DNA of 64,000 bases from an uncultured Ruminococcus sp. (GCA_964530795.1 CAZHBX010000004.1:5597-69596), one strand, 5' to 3'. Shown: positions 47,418 through 57,303, numbered from the stretch's first letter. The notes: generated by a model not told the origin, from the sequence alone. Translations and numbers: made by a program.

Positions 47418-49409
47418 TCACAGATTCAGCTTTCGGAAGTCGGTTTCCGGCGCGTGGCATGCTTTGTTTTCACACAAATAAAATACCGGTTGTTCGGAAG
47501 TTGCGTAGGACTCGGTGAACGGTGCAAGACGAGCAAGCTCTTTTTCATTCCCTGCGGACTTATACAGGATGCTCAGATCATGGGTTGGGTTTTCTTTGAG
47601 ATACGTCCACACTTCGTCGGGAACCGTCCGACCGGTGCAGAGCAGTTCTCTGTGCGGATAGACCGCCCCGAACATGGCCAGAAGCGCATAGCAGGATCCG
47701 GCGGGATCTTCTCTACCGATTTGTCCCGCCATAAACGCGTGCTGCCGGTCCGCCGCCTCGCGGAAGAGCGGGTCGCCTGTGCGTTCGGCCAGACGCTCCA
47801 GCACCATGGCGGCGGCTGAGTTGCCGGAAGGGGCGGCCCCGTCGTACGTCTCCTTTGGACGGGCGATCAGCGATTCCGCATCATGGGCGGTCATAAAATA
47901 TCCGCCCGCCGCCCTGTCCTCAAACAGTTCCATCATTTGCTTCGCGTACCGGACCGCCTCGCTCAGGTAGCATGTCCGGAATGTCCTGCCGTATAGCTCC
48001 ACCAGCGCCAAGGCATATACCGCATAGTCGTCCAGCTGTCCCGGATAGGCGGCCTCGCCGTCACAAAAGCGATGATACAGGCGGCCCGCTCCATCGGTCA
48101 TAAACCTTTCAATGAACAGATGCGCTTTGCTGGCGGCATCCAAATAGCGGCTGTCATCCAGAATACTGCCCGCCGCCGCCAGCGCAATTATCGTCCACCC
48201 GTTCCAGGATAGAAGGATCTTATTGTCTAAGGGAAGGTTCGTTCTGGCTTTACGGTATTCCAACAGCTTCAAAAGCCGTTCGTCGGCCGCATCCCATTCT
48301 GCCCCCAGCCCGCCAATGCGGTTGGGAATATTTCCGCCCTCAAAGTTTCCACCGGCTGTAAGACCGTATATCCGGCAGAATTGAGCGGCGTTTTCTTCTC
48401 CCAAAACACCGGTCACCTCTTCCGGCGTAAAGAGATAGTATTTCCCCTCCATGCCGTCGCTGTCCGCGTCCTGCCCGCAGTAAAATCCGCCATTGGGATC
48501 GGTCAGCTCCCGCAGAATATAGTCCGCCGTTCGTTTTGCAATGTCTGCGTAATACGAATCGTGCGTAAGCTGGAAAGCTTCCAGATATGACAGAATCAGC
48601 AGCGCGTTATCGTACAGCATCTTTTCAAAATGAGGGATCAGCCAGCGCTCATCGGTGGAATACCGGGAAAAGCCGCCGCCGATGTGGTCAAAAATACCGC
48701 CCGCAGCCATGGCCCGCAGGGTATGCTCCGCCATGCGCAGGGCGTCCGACTCACGCTCCGCCGTATGAACACGCATCAGGAAAAGCAGGTCATGCGGGGT
48801 CGGAAATTTTGGGGCTTGGCCAAAACCGCCCCAGGTCCGGTCATAAATTTGCCGAAGCTGTTGATACCCGCTCATGATAAGACTCCGGCCGGGGACGCCG
48901 TCGGCCGGGGCCTGTGAGCGCCGGACGGCCGCGGTGAGCTGCTCGCCGAATGCGAACAGCTTTTGCCGGTTGGCGTTCCAAAGGTGAGAAATCTGCCGCA
49001 GCAGATCATCGAGTCCGATCTGACCATATCGACCGGTTTTTGGAAAATAGGTCCCGGCAAAGAAAGGCTTTTGATCCGGAGTCATGAAAATAGTCAGCGG
49101 CCAGCCGCCCGCCCCGGTCAGAGCCTGACAGACGCTCATATATACCGCGTCGATGTCGGGGCGCTCCTCCCGGTCCACCTTGATACAGACAAAAGACTCC
49201 AAAAGCTTCGCTGTTTCCGCATCCTCGAAGGACTCGCGGGCCATCACATGGCACCAGTGGCAGGTGGAGTAACCGATGCTAAGAAAGATCGGTTTGTTTT
49301 CTTCTCTCGCCTTTTGAAACGCCTCCCCGCACCAGGGATACCAATTGACCGGATTCTCCTTGTGTTGCCGTAGGTAAGGCGATTTTTCGGCGCTCAATCG
49401 GTTCGCCAT
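47418..49409 (-). CDS. thioredoxin-domain protein of the YyaL/DUF255 family (N-acylglucosamine 2-epimerase-like fold)
   Basis: 663 aa. [17 protein letters not shown]...[16 protein letters not shown] is the hallmark N-terminus. Confidence 0.9.
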   Translation of the reverse strand: MANRLSAEKSPYLRQHKENPVNWYPWCGEAFQKAREENKPIFLSIGYSTCHWCHVMARESFEDAETAKLLESFVCIKVDREERPDIDAVYMSVCQALTGAGGWPLTIFMTPDQKPFFAGTYFPKTGRYGQIGLDDLLRQISHLWNANRQKLFAFGEQLTAAVRRSQAPADGVPGRSLIMSGYQQLRQIYDRTWGGFGQAPKFPTPHDLLFLMRVHTAERESDALRMAEHTLRAMAAGGIFDHIGGGFSRYSTDERWLIPHFEKMLYDNALLILSYLEAFQLTHDSYYADIAKRTADYILRELTDPNGGFYCGQDADSDGMEGKYYLFTPEEVTGVLGEENAAQFCRIYGLTAGGNFEGGNIPNRIGGLGAEWDAADERLLKLLEYRKARTNLPLDNKILLSWNGWTIIALAAAGSILDDSRYLDAASKAHLFIERFMTDGAGRLYHRFCDGEAAYPGQLDDYAVYALALVELYGRTFRTCYLSEAVRYAKQMMELFEDRAAGGYFMTAHDAESLIARPKETYDGAAPSGNSAAAMVLERLAERTGDPLFREAADRQHAFMAGQIGREDPAGSCYALLAMFGAVYPHRELLCTGRTVPDEVWTYLKENPTHDLSILYKSAGNEKELARLAPFTESYATSEQPVFYLCENKACHAPETDFRKLNL

Positions 49410-49440
49410 GACGGCCTCCCTTTCTCTTATACTATTTTGG

Positions 49441-49470
49441 GGTATAAACCTCCCCTTGGGGATAGTGTTT
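49441..49470. repeat. possible partial copy of the intergenic repeat
   Basis: ATAAAC-CTCCCCTT-GGGGATAG resembles ATAAAT-CCTTTT-GGGGATAT of copy A. The match is weak. Confidence 0.2.
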
Positions 49471-49982
49471 GCAAAAACGGGACGGGTATGCGGAGCTGAT
49501 CAAACGCCTTGAATGATTCGGGTGATAGAATCAGGCGAACGTTTGAGGTCCCTGATATGTTAAGGGGTTCGGGTAAAACCCAACTCCATCCAATCTGAAC
49601 CGTCAAACCCCTTTACCCGGCCTGACAGGTAGCTTTTACCCGTCCTTAATTTCCCTGCCTTTCTTCAATTGGACCACATTTTCGCGTTAGTAACGGGATT
49701 AGAACCCTCATGGAACCCAGCGTCAATTTCAATAAGGGATTCGTGAGCGTTCGAGTCCACCCACAAAGGGAAAACCGCCTTTTTCCATCTACGATTTTGA
49801 CGCTCGGAAAATCGCCCCCTGAAACGCCGAAAGCCTTGCGACGCAAGGCTTTTCGGGGACAATATCTTTTTTATTGTCCTTGGATGGAAGGGTACTACGA
49901 AAAAGATGCACGTTAAACGCGAGCGCATTGCTATGATGTAGTAAAAGCCCCGAAACGCGAATTGCGTGTCGAGGCTCTCGAC

Positions 49983-50058
49983 TGGTCGGAGTGACAGGAA
50001 TCGAACCTGCGGCCTGATGCTCCCAAAGCACCCGCTCTACCAGCTGAGCCACACCCCG
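49983..50058 (-). tRNA. tRNA-Pro (anticodon UGG)
   Basis: 76 nt folded by hand: acceptor CGGGGTG/CACTCCG, D arm GCTC/GAGC, anticodon stem GGTGC/GCATC with loop TTTGGGA (UGG, G37), T arm GCAGG-TTCGATT-CCTGT, and an encoded CCA. Confidence 0.93.
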
Positions 50059-50160
50059 ATTTTTCCTTTGCCGCCAACGAGCGAAATCGCCCTTGACTTT
50101 TTCATTATACCCGAATCGATCAGAAAAGTCAAGAGCGATTTGCACCCGCAAAAGAATTTC

Positions 50161-51717
50161 TCAAGCAAACATGGCCTTGCGGATCAGCAGCGTCTTCGTG
50201 CCCGCGTTCAGCCTCCCAAGCTCGTCAAACGCATCCGGGTTTGCGAGCCGCAGACGGTCCGGGTCAACCCGGTACTTCTTCGCGACTGTCCACAGATCGT
50301 CCGTCCGCGACGGGAAGAAATAGGCGACCGAATACTTCTCGTCGGAATGGTCGAGTTCGGTCTGCTTAGTGACATCCGACAAAAACGACATCGACTCCTT
50401 GGTGTAAAGCGACAAATGTGCGTTGCAGATGACCCGGGCGGAGATACTGCCGTCGGAATGCAGCGTGGGCAGCACCTCGAACGGCGACACCTCGGCCGAA
50501 AGCTCGGAACAGTCTGCCGGAAGTTCCGCCGGGACGAACTGGACGAACTCCTCCGTGCAGTCGCGGTGCTGGATGCCGTCGCTCCCGTCGCCGAGCATGG
50601 AGACGGTCAGCGTGCCGGTCAGCTCGACCCCGCCCTCCGCCTGCATCGCACGCACCCGTCCCGCGCGAACGGTCGTATCGTACAGAGCGGTGAAAAGCGG
50701 TTCGTCCGCCGGGAGCTTGAGATCGACGGTAAAGCTGCGGTCAACGGTCTCCGAGAGCCGCGGGACCGAAAGTTCGGTGCGCTCGACCGTATCGACGCTG
50801 TCGACCGAAAACATGTCGTCCGCCACTTCGACCTCCCGCGTCCCGACCATCGTCGCGACGGCGCCGACCGTGAAACTCGTTTTGAGCAGGCGGTTCTCGC
50901 CGTACTGATCCAGTTCGGGCAGCACGCTGCACCCGGTCGCTGTAAGCGAAACCGTGCAATGCTTGCCCTCCTCAATCACCGGATCCTCCAATGTTACGGA
51001 AAGCGGGACGTTCTTGGCGGTCATGCAGAACCCGTCCTCCGCGTCCTCGGTCTCGTAGAACACCTTAACGATCGCCGTCGTCTTCGCGGTCACGCAGCCG
51101 GGAGTCACCGTGACCTGCGGGGGCTGCAGGCTAACGTTGCTGAATATGAGTTCGCCGATGTTCTTTTCCCCCTGCAAAAGGGAAAGTGTCTCTTCAAAAT
51201 GGGTTTCATTGCGCACAGTTTCCGCCGGAGCGTCATAGCAAAACAGCTTTTTGCGGAAGAACAGCCCCTCGGCCGGCTCGGTCGAAAGCATCCGATACAC
51301 CGCCTCCCCGCATACTGTGATGTGCAACTCCAGCCGCGCGTGCAGCACCAGCCGACGCGGGGACAGCATCCGGCAGGTGATCTTGCAGCAGCTTGCCGAA
51401 CATTCGCCGACTGGCGATTCAAGCTCGTTCCGCGGCAGGTCGGCGGAATGGTGGAACTCCTGCGTAAAGCTGCAGTAGCGCAGTTTGTTGCGGCGGTCGG
51501 TCTCGTACAGTACGTCGTAGATCACCCGGCCACTAATGTGTACCTTATCGCTACCGATGTCGCAGGCATCCACGTACGGCGTGCAGTCGACGCGAACCAG
51601 CCGCGTGACGTCCGGGCAGTAGTCGGGCAGGCTGCCGTCGAATTCGGTTTCCTTGTCAAACAGGGCGTCCATCAGGCGACTCGGGAAGCGGATTTGCAGG
51701 GTTGCGGGTTTTTTCAT
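50161..51717 (-). CDS. DUF3794 domain protein with C-terminal LysM (SipL-like spore morphogenetic protein)
   Basis: 518 aa from ATG 51717. The long DUF3794-type beta-rich body has the same architecture as Clostridioides SipL. The C-terminus YFFPSRTDDLWTVAKKYRVDPDRLRLANP is LysM-like. Confidence 0.75.
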   Translation of the reverse strand: MKKPATLQIRFPSRLMDALFDKETEFDGSLPDYCPDVTRLVRVDCTPYVDACDIGSDKVHISGRVIYDVLYETDRRNKLRYCSFTQEFHHSADLPRNELESPVGECSASCCKITCRMLSPRRLVLHARLELHITVCGEAVYRMLSTEPAEGLFFRKKLFCYDAPAETVRNETHFEETLSLLQGEKNIGELIFSNVSLQPPQVTVTPGCVTAKTTAIVKVFYETEDAEDGFCMTAKNVPLSVTLEDPVIEEGKHCTVSLTATGCSVLPELDQYGENRLLKTSFTVGAVATMVGTREVEVADDMFSVDSVDTVERTELSVPRLSETVDRSFTVDLKLPADEPLFTALYDTTVRAGRVRAMQAEGGVELTGTLTVSMLGDGSDGIQHRDCTEEFVQFVPAELPADCSELSAEVSPFEVLPTLHSDGSISARVICNAHLSLYTKESMSFLSDVTKQTELDHSDEKYSVAYFFPSRTDDLWTVAKKYRVDPDRLRLANPDAFDELGRLNAGTKTLLIRKAMFA

Positions 51718-51754
51718 GTCGTGATCGCATCCTTTGCGTGATTTCTTTTGGTAA

Positions 51755-51784
51755 AGCATATGCACACGCGGGCGAAAATATGAA
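51755..51784 (-). promoter_or_regulatory. sigma-E-like sporulation promoter upstream of the SipL-like gene
   Basis: On the minus strand: TTCATATT, 14 nt, CATATGCT. The Bacillus sigma-E consensus is kmATATT / CATACAhT. Ends about 35 nt upstream of ATG 51717. Confidence 0.35.
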
Positions 51785-51962
51785 TATGCTGACCAGCAGA
51801 GAGGATGTGGTACAGTTGTGCTGCTTTGAAAAGACGCTCGGGATTGCGGCGCTCACGTTCGGAGCGGGAATTTTGCTGTGCACGGTCCTGCCGTCCGTCG
51901 CGCTGGCGTGTGTGGAGGCGGGGGCGATCATCGGTGTGGGCATTTTGGTCTTTATGAAATAG
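51780..51962 (+). CDS. hypothetical small membrane protein (two TM segments)
   Basis: 60 aa from ATG 51780 (MNMLTSREDVVQLCCFEKTLGIAALTFGAGILLCTVLPSVALACVEAGAIIGVGILVFMK). The RBS is weak. Confidence 0.35.
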   Translation: MNMLTSREDVVQLCCFEKTLGIAALTFGAGILLCTVLPSVALACVEAGAIIGVGILVFMK

Positions 51963-52019
51963 TGACGGACGCCACGGCGATTTGCCGCGTCCGTGTGAAA
52001 GAAGGGACTGGTCAAAACC

Positions 52020-52091
52020 ATGCGGATTTATGTCTGGAAAGCGCCGGCGTTCCTGCGACCGCTGCTGCGCCTTCTGTTCCGCACCGCGTAG
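52020..52091 (+). CDS. spoVM: SpoVM-like 23-aa amphipathic peptide
   Basis: MRIYVWKAPAFLRPLLRLLFRTA compared with B. subtilis SpoVM MKFYTIKLPKFLGGIVRAMLGSFRKD shares M1, basic 2, Y4, K7, P9, F11-L12 and R17. GAAGGG lies 13 nt upstream. A perfect terminator begins 11 nt downstream. The ORF is below the track size cutoff. Confidence 0.55.
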   Translation: MRIYVWKAPAFLRPLLRLLFRTA

Positions 52092-52102
52092 AAGTCTGGC
52101 GC

Positions 52103-52130
52103 AAAAAAGAGCCGAAATCGGCTCTTTTTT
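52103..52130. terminator. perfect bidirectional intrinsic terminator
   Basis: AAAAAAGAGCCG-aaat-CGGCTCTTTTTT, between the spoVM-like ORF (+) and the rpiR-family gene (-). Confidence 0.75.
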
Positions 52131-52160
52131 GCGGGGAATTTTCAGTCCGGTGCCAAAAAG

Positions 52161-53027
52161 TTACCGGGTCTTGTTGTATACATCATATTCCTCCCAGAGC
52201 TGTTCGAGGCGGGACAGTCGGGCGGCGCATTCCTGCGGACGCTTAGCGGCGACCGCAGCGATCAGCGCGTTCAGAACCGCCATCGGCGCGACCAAAGAAT
52301 CCACAAACCCGTCGTTCTCGTTGTGTGCGAAAACGACCGTATCCGCCAGCGGCGTAAGCGGGCTGTGCGGACCGTCCGTCACCGCGCAGACATAGGCGCC
52401 ATGCTTATGCGAGAAGTCCAGCGCGTTCACCGTGCGGCGGGAATACCGCGGGAAGGAGATTCCAATCACCACATCCCGCTCGTCCACCGAAAGCAGCTGG
52501 TCGAAGAACTCGCCGCCGGTCGCGGCCTGCAAACGCTGCACATTATCCAGCAGCTGAGCGAGGTAGAAATCCAGAAACATCGCCAGAGCAGCCGTCGAAC
52601 GGGTCCCGACAATGTAGATCCGTCGGGCGTCGACCAGCCGCTCCGCAATCACATCAAAGGTCTGCGCATCCGTCTCCGCCAGCGTGCGCTTGATATTTTC
52701 CATGTCCGCGCGCATACTCCGGGCGAACGCTTCCCCACCGGTGGAGGCGCGGGAAAGTTCCATTCGCTGCAGCGAGGTCAGCCGACCGCGAACGGACTCT
52801 CTGAGCGCAGCCTGAAGCTCCGGGTACCCCCGGAACCCGAGCTCCGCCGCATAGCGGACAACGGTGGACTCGGACGTTCCGACCGCCTGCGCGAGGCGAG
52901 CGGCGGTCATGCCCGCCGCCGCCGTATAGTTTGCCAGCAGATACCCTCCGATCTTCTTTTGCGCCTTGGATCCGGAGGAGAGCCGCTGCTCGATCAACTG
53001 TAACGTGTCCGTCATATCTTCCCTCAT
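52161..53027 (-). CDS. MurR/RpiR-family transcriptional regulator (HTH_6 + SIS)
   Basis: The N-terminal HTH is MTAARLAQAVGTSESTVVRYAAELGF. The C-terminal SIS domain contains IYIVGTRSTA. ATG 53027 shares one nt with the glyQS stop (TGATG). Confidence 0.85.
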   Translation of the reverse strand: MREDMTDTLQLIEQRLSSGSKAQKKIGGYLLANYTAAAGMTAARLAQAVGTSESTVVRYAAELGFRGYPELQAALRESVRGRLTSLQRMELSRASTGGEAFARSMRADMENIKRTLAETDAQTFDVIAERLVDARRIYIVGTRSTAALAMFLDFYLAQLLDNVQRLQAATGGEFFDQLLSVDERDVVIGISFPRYSRRTVNALDFSHKHGAYVCAVTDGPHSPLTPLADTVVFAHNENDGFVDSLVAPMAVLNALIAAVAAKRPQECAARLSRLEQLWEEYDVYNKTR

Positions 53028-54430
53028 CAAAACGTGATCTTTTCCCGAATAATCTTCGCCACGTCCTCCAGCGGGACACGGACCTGCCCCATCGTGTCGC
53101 GGTCACGAACGGTGACGCAGTGGTCGATCTCACTATCAAAGTCATAGGTGACGCACAAGGGCGTGCCAATTTCGTCCTGACGGCGATAACGCTTGCCGAT
53201 GGAGCCCGTGTCGTCGTAATCCACAAGGAACTCCGCACCCAGCGCCTTTTGCAGCTCCTGCGCGGGGGCGGCGAGCTTCTTTGAGAGCGGCAGAACCGCC
53301 GCTTTGAAAGGCGCGAGCGCCGGGTGCAGACGCAGCACCGTACGCAGGTCGGGCTTGTCCTCCGTGCCGAGGTTCTCCTCGTCGTAAGCGTCGACAAGGA
53401 ACGCCAGCGCAACGCGGTCGCAGCCGAGCGACGGCTCGATGACGTAGGGGAGATAGTGCTCGTTGGTTTCCGGATCGAAATAGGTCAAATCCTGCCCGGA
53501 CATGGTCTGGTGCTGCTTGAGGTCGTAGTCCGTGCGGGACGCGACGCCCCACAGCTCCCCCCAGCCGAACGGGAAGAGGAACTCGAAGTCCGTCGTCGCA
53601 TTCGAATAGAACGCCAGCTCCGCCGGGTCGTGGTCGCGGGTGCGGAGGTTTTCGTCCTTCAAGCCCAGCGACAGCAGCCAGTTGTGACAGAAGTCCTTCC
53701 AGTAAGCAAACCACTCCAGCTCCGTCCCCGGCTTGCAAAAGAACTCCAGCTCCATCTGCTCGAATTCGCGGATGCGGAAAATGAAGTTTCCCGGGGTAAT
53801 CTCGTTGCGGAAGGATTTCCCGATCTGCGCCACGCCGAATGGGATCTTCTTGCGGGTGGTCCGCTGGATGTTTTTGAAGTTGACAAAGATTCCCTGTGCT
53901 GTCTCCGGGCGAAGGTAGACGGTCGAGGCGCTGTCCTCCGTCACGCCCTGAAAGGTCTTGAACATCAGGTTAAACTTGCGGATGTCCGTGAAATCCTTCT
54001 TGCCGCAGCCGGGACAGGCGATCCCGTGCTCACGGATGTAAGCGACCATTTCCTCGTCGGTCATCGCCTCCACCGTGACGTCCATAATGCCATTCTCCTG
54101 ATTGAATTCCTCGATAAGCTTATCCGCACGGTGGCGCATTTTGCACGCACGGCAGTCAATAAGCGGATCGTTAAAGGTGGAAACGTGCCCGGACGCGACC
54201 CACACCTGCGGATTCATTAAAATCGCCGAATCCAGCCCGACATTGAACGGGCACTCCTGGATAAACTTCTTGCGCCAAGCCGCCTTAACGTTGTTCTTGA
54301 ATTCCACGCCGAGCGGTCCGTAGTCCCAGCTGTTCGCAAGGCCGCCATAAATTTCGCTTCCACTGTACACAAAGCCGCGCCCCTTGCAGAAAGCGACAAT
54401 TTTATCCATGGTTTTCTCCTGGTTTTTCAT
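53027..54430 (-). CDS. glyQS: glycine--tRNA ligase (alpha2 type)
   Basis: 467 aa. [26 protein letters not shown] is the hallmark N-terminus, and class II motifs are present. Confidence 0.95.
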   Translation of the reverse strand: MKNQEKTMDKIVAFCKGRGFVYSGSEIYGGLANSWDYGPLGVEFKNNVKAAWRKKFIQECPFNVGLDSAILMNPQVWVASGHVSTFNDPLIDCRACKMRHRADKLIEEFNQENGIMDVTVEAMTDEEMVAYIREHGIACPGCGKKDFTDIRKFNLMFKTFQGVTEDSASTVYLRPETAQGIFVNFKNIQRTTRKKIPFGVAQIGKSFRNEITPGNFIFRIREFEQMELEFFCKPGTELEWFAYWKDFCHNWLLSLGLKDENLRTRDHDPAELAFYSNATTDFEFLFPFGWGELWGVASRTDYDLKQHQTMSGQDLTYFDPETNEHYLPYVIEPSLGCDRVALAFLVDAYDEENLGTEDKPDLRTVLRLHPALAPFKAAVLPLSKKLAAPAQELQKALGAEFLVDYDDTGSIGKRYRRQDEIGTPLCVTYDFDSEIDHCVTVRDRDTMGQVRVPLEDVAKIIREKITF

Positions 54431-54479
54431 CTGTATCCGATCCTTTCTTTCGCGCAGCCGGCTGCCGCGTGTTTGGTTT

Positions 54480-56681
54480 TTACTTCTGCATCCGGTTCAT
54501 CTCGCGCTGCGCCATGACGAGGCGGTAGTACCGCCCTTCCTTCGCCATGAGTTCCTCGTGTGTCCCGAGCTCCTCCAGCTCGCCCTTTTCGAATACCGCC
54601 AGCTTCGTAGCGTTGCGCAGAGTGGAGAGCCGGTGCGCGATAGCGACCGTCGTGCGCCCCTTCGAGAGCGCGAAGAGCGCATCCTGAATCTGCTTTTCCG
54701 TTTCCGTGTCCAGCGAGGAGGTCGCCTCGTCGAGGATCAGCAGCTTTGGGTCCCGCAGGATCGCCCGCGCGATGGCAATGCGCTGCTTTTCGCCGCCGGA
54801 GAGCGTGTTTCCGCGTGCGCCGACGTAGGTGTTGTAGCCGTCCGGCAGACGCATGATGAAGCTGTGCGCACCCGCCAGCTTCGCCGCCCGGATGACCTCA
54901 TCCCGCGTCGCGTCCGACTTCGCGTAGGAAATGTTGCTGTAGACGGTCCCGTTGAATAAGTACGTCTCCTGAAGCACCACACCGATCTGCGAGCGGAAAG
55001 CGGCGGCCGTGTAGGACCGCACATCCTTCCCGTCGATGAGCAATTGCCCCTCGTTAAGGTCGTACATCCGCATCATCAGGTTAATGACCGTGGATTTCCC
55101 CACGCCGCTCCGCCCGACAAGACCGATGAAATCGCCGGGGTTGATCTTGAGCGACAGGTGCTTGAGTACGTAGTCCGGCGGGTTATACCCGAAGCAGGCG
55201 TCCTTGAATTCGATTTCTCCTTTCAGCTTCGCGTCGGTAATCCGCCCGTCGGGCATGATCTCCTGCTCGTCGAGCATCTCAGACACCTTGCTCATGGACG
55301 TCATGGACTGCGTGAACGTTCGCGGCACGCTCGTGAACCAGCGGATCGGCCCGTACAGCGTCGCGACGTAGGCGAGGAACTCGGTCAACTCGCCCGCGGT
55401 CGCCTGCCCGGCGATCACCTGCCGCCCGACGAGGAACAGCACCAGAAACTCCCCCGCTCCCAGCAGGAAACCGGAGAACGGAACGGTCAGGTTCCAGATC
55501 ATCTCGTTGCGCTTACTCGTATCTGCAAATCGGCGAGCCTTCGTCCGAAAGCGCTTGTATTCCCGCTCCTCCGTTCCGAACACCTTGACCTCTCGGATCC
55601 CGGAGAACACGTCGTGCAGCATATTGTTGATGTCGCTCGAAAGCTGCCATTGCCGGTGATAGATCCGCCGCGTCAGGCGGTCAACTAACGTGATCAGCAA
55701 CACCAGCAACGGTACCGGCAGGATGATGATGATCGTCAGAAGCCAGTTACGAGAGAAAAGCAGCGCCGTCACTGCGACCAGCGTGACCGTCTGCTGTAAG
55801 AGCTGCGGAACAAGGTTGGTCAAAAAGTTGCGCAATTGCTCCGTATCGTCCGCAAGGCGGGTTAACAGTTCCCCCGGGGAACGGCGGGAAAGACCGGTCA
55901 GCGAGAGTGCCTGCACCTTCTCGAACAGCTGTGCGCGGATACGCACGATGATGCGTGCGGACGCCTTGGCGGTAAAAATTCTCCGCAGCCATTGGAACAC
56001 CGCCGTGGAAAGCCCGCAGAATGCCCACAGACCGACCACACCGGCCAGCCCCGTGTGCGTCCCCGGGGCGATCCCCTCCGCCGGCGACAGGAAATGATCG
56101 ATCAGGTACCGCTGGATGCTCGGCACGGCCACGCTGACCCCCGAGGTCAGCAACAGAAACAGCCCCGCGAGCAGCAGCAGTTTCATATCGGCCTTCGCGA
56201 AGCCAAAGAACCGCCCGAGCAGCTTGCGTTTGTCCGCGCAATGCACGCACACCTCGCTCCCGCGCGGGAACGGGCGGCCGCACTTCGGGCACTTGCGCAG
56301 CTTGCTTCGACCGACCGGCCGGTGCGCCCGACGGGCCTCCAGCTGGGCGACCATGTCCTCAAATGTCTGGCACAGGCTCATATCCGCCCGGCAGAACTCA
56401 ATGTCCTCACCGTCGATTTCACTTTCGATCGCCACGATACCGACTCCGCGGAACAGGCGAATTTCGCCGAGTTCCGCAAGCGCATAGCGGCGGACCTCCT
56501 GCCCTTCAACCCAGACAACGTCCGTGCCGTCCGCCGCGCACGCGCCGAAGGCCGGACGGTTTTGGAAGTCGAGGTTGAAGTCAAACTCGACCTCGGGCGC
56601 CCATCCCAGCGCCTCTTTCGCCCGCGCACGCGCCGCAATCTGCTCCGGCGCGTCCGGACGCTTTCTCTGATTTGCTTCCAT
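54480..56681 (-). CDS. ABC exporter (TMD-NBD) with ~150-aa N-terminal cytoplasmic domain and zinc ribbon
   Basis: 733 aa. [18 protein letters not shown] precedes the first TM helix. The NBD has [17 protein letters not shown] and [12 protein letters not shown]. Confidence 0.88.
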   Translation of the reverse strand: MEANQRKRPDAPEQIAARARAKEALGWAPEVEFDFNLDFQNRPAFGACAADGTDVVWVEGQEVRRYALAELGEIRLFRGVGIVAIESEIDGEDIEFCRADMSLCQTFEDMVAQLEARRAHRPVGRSKLRKCPKCGRPFPRGSEVCVHCADKRKLLGRFFGFAKADMKLLLLAGLFLLLTSGVSVAVPSIQRYLIDHFLSPAEGIAPGTHTGLAGVVGLWAFCGLSTAVFQWLRRIFTAKASARIIVRIRAQLFEKVQALSLTGLSRRSPGELLTRLADDTEQLRNFLTNLVPQLLQQTVTLVAVTALLFSRNWLLTIIIILPVPLLVLLITLVDRLTRRIYHRQWQLSSDINNMLHDVFSGIREVKVFGTEEREYKRFRTKARRFADTSKRNEMIWNLTVPFSGFLLGAGEFLVLFLVGRQVIAGQATAGELTEFLAYVATLYGPIRWFTSVPRTFTQSMTSMSKVSEMLDEQEIMPDGRITDAKLKGEIEFKDACFGYNPPDYVLKHLSLKINPGDFIGLVGRSGVGKSTVINLMMRMYDLNEGQLLIDGKDVRSYTAAAFRSQIGVVLQETYLFNGTVYSNISYAKSDATRDEVIRAAKLAGAHSFIMRLPDGYNTYVGARGNTLSGGEKQRIAIARAILRDPKLLILDEATSSLDTETEKQIQDALFALSKGRTTVAIAHRLSTLRNATKLAVFEKGELEELGTHEELMAKEGRYYRLVMAQREMNRMQK

Positions 56682-56717
56682 GGTTCCCTTACGTGCGAAA
56701 TTCGATACAGCTGTCGT

Positions 56718-57275
56718 TTACAGGTACAGTTCAATCTTCCGATAGCTCTTCGGGTCCAGCCGCAGGACGTCGGGGATCAGAAACCGGTTTCCGTCCACGT
56801 CCGTCAGCACAATCCCGTTCTCCGAATTGTGAAACAGGTTGCGGTAGGTGTCCCGCATCGTAAAGGACCGCGGGCCGCTGTCTGTTTCCACCTTCCAATA
56901 GGAATACCCCAATTTGTCCTTGAGCGACCGGATCCGCGTGATGACCGGCGCGAGGTACTTGCGCGCCAGCTCCGACGAAATAATTTCCCGCGCTTCTCCG
57001 GAGAAATCCGAGAGACGGCGGATAATGCCGTACTCCCTGCCGTCCTTGCTGAGCACCGAGATATACTCGTCCGGCGCGTCGAACGGGAACGCCCGGTGAA
57101 AGTTGACCCGGCCGAAATCCTGCCATTCCGGGGGACGCTGCTCCTCGAGCAGGTCATCCGTGACCGGCGGGAGGAACGCACGCATCGCCGGAAAACCGTG
57201 GACCGTGCGGGAAAACTGTGCGTTTTCCGGAGTGAGATAGGTGACCTCCGCGAGTTCAAGATAGCTGTCCGGCAT
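56718..57275 (-). CDS. DUF1854 domain-containing protein
   Basis: 185 aa. FHRAFPFD...ISVLSKDGREYGIIRRL...DVDGNRFLIPD is typical of DUF1854 proteins encoded upstream of this ABC exporter type (family name from memory). Confidence 0.75.
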   Translation of the reverse strand: MPDSYLELAEVTYLTPENAQFSRTVHGFPAMRAFLPPVTDDLLEEQRPPEWQDFGRVNFHRAFPFDAPDEYISVLSKDGREYGIIRRLSDFSGEAREIISSELARKYLAPVITRIRSLKDKLGYSYWKVETDSGPRSFTMRDTYRNLFHNSENGIVLTDVDGNRFLIPDVLRLDPKSYRKIELYL

Positions 57276-57303
57276 AAAACCCGTCCCTTTCCTGTGCTTC
57301 CGC

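Noticed and set aside
49561-49585. Resemblance of ACCCGAACCCC..TAAC..CGTTCG (minus strand) to the c-di-AMP (ydaO) riboswitch 3' half
   Set aside because: The diagnostic CAGCUAACC, GGGGA.CCA and GGGGUGAAUC elements are absent.
49741-49765. GTTCGAGTCC T-loop-like string suggesting a second tRNA or tmRNA
   Set aside because: The flanking 5-mers (GAGCG and CCACC) cannot form a T stem. I could build no acceptor or anticodon arms, and I found no tmRNA tag reading frame.
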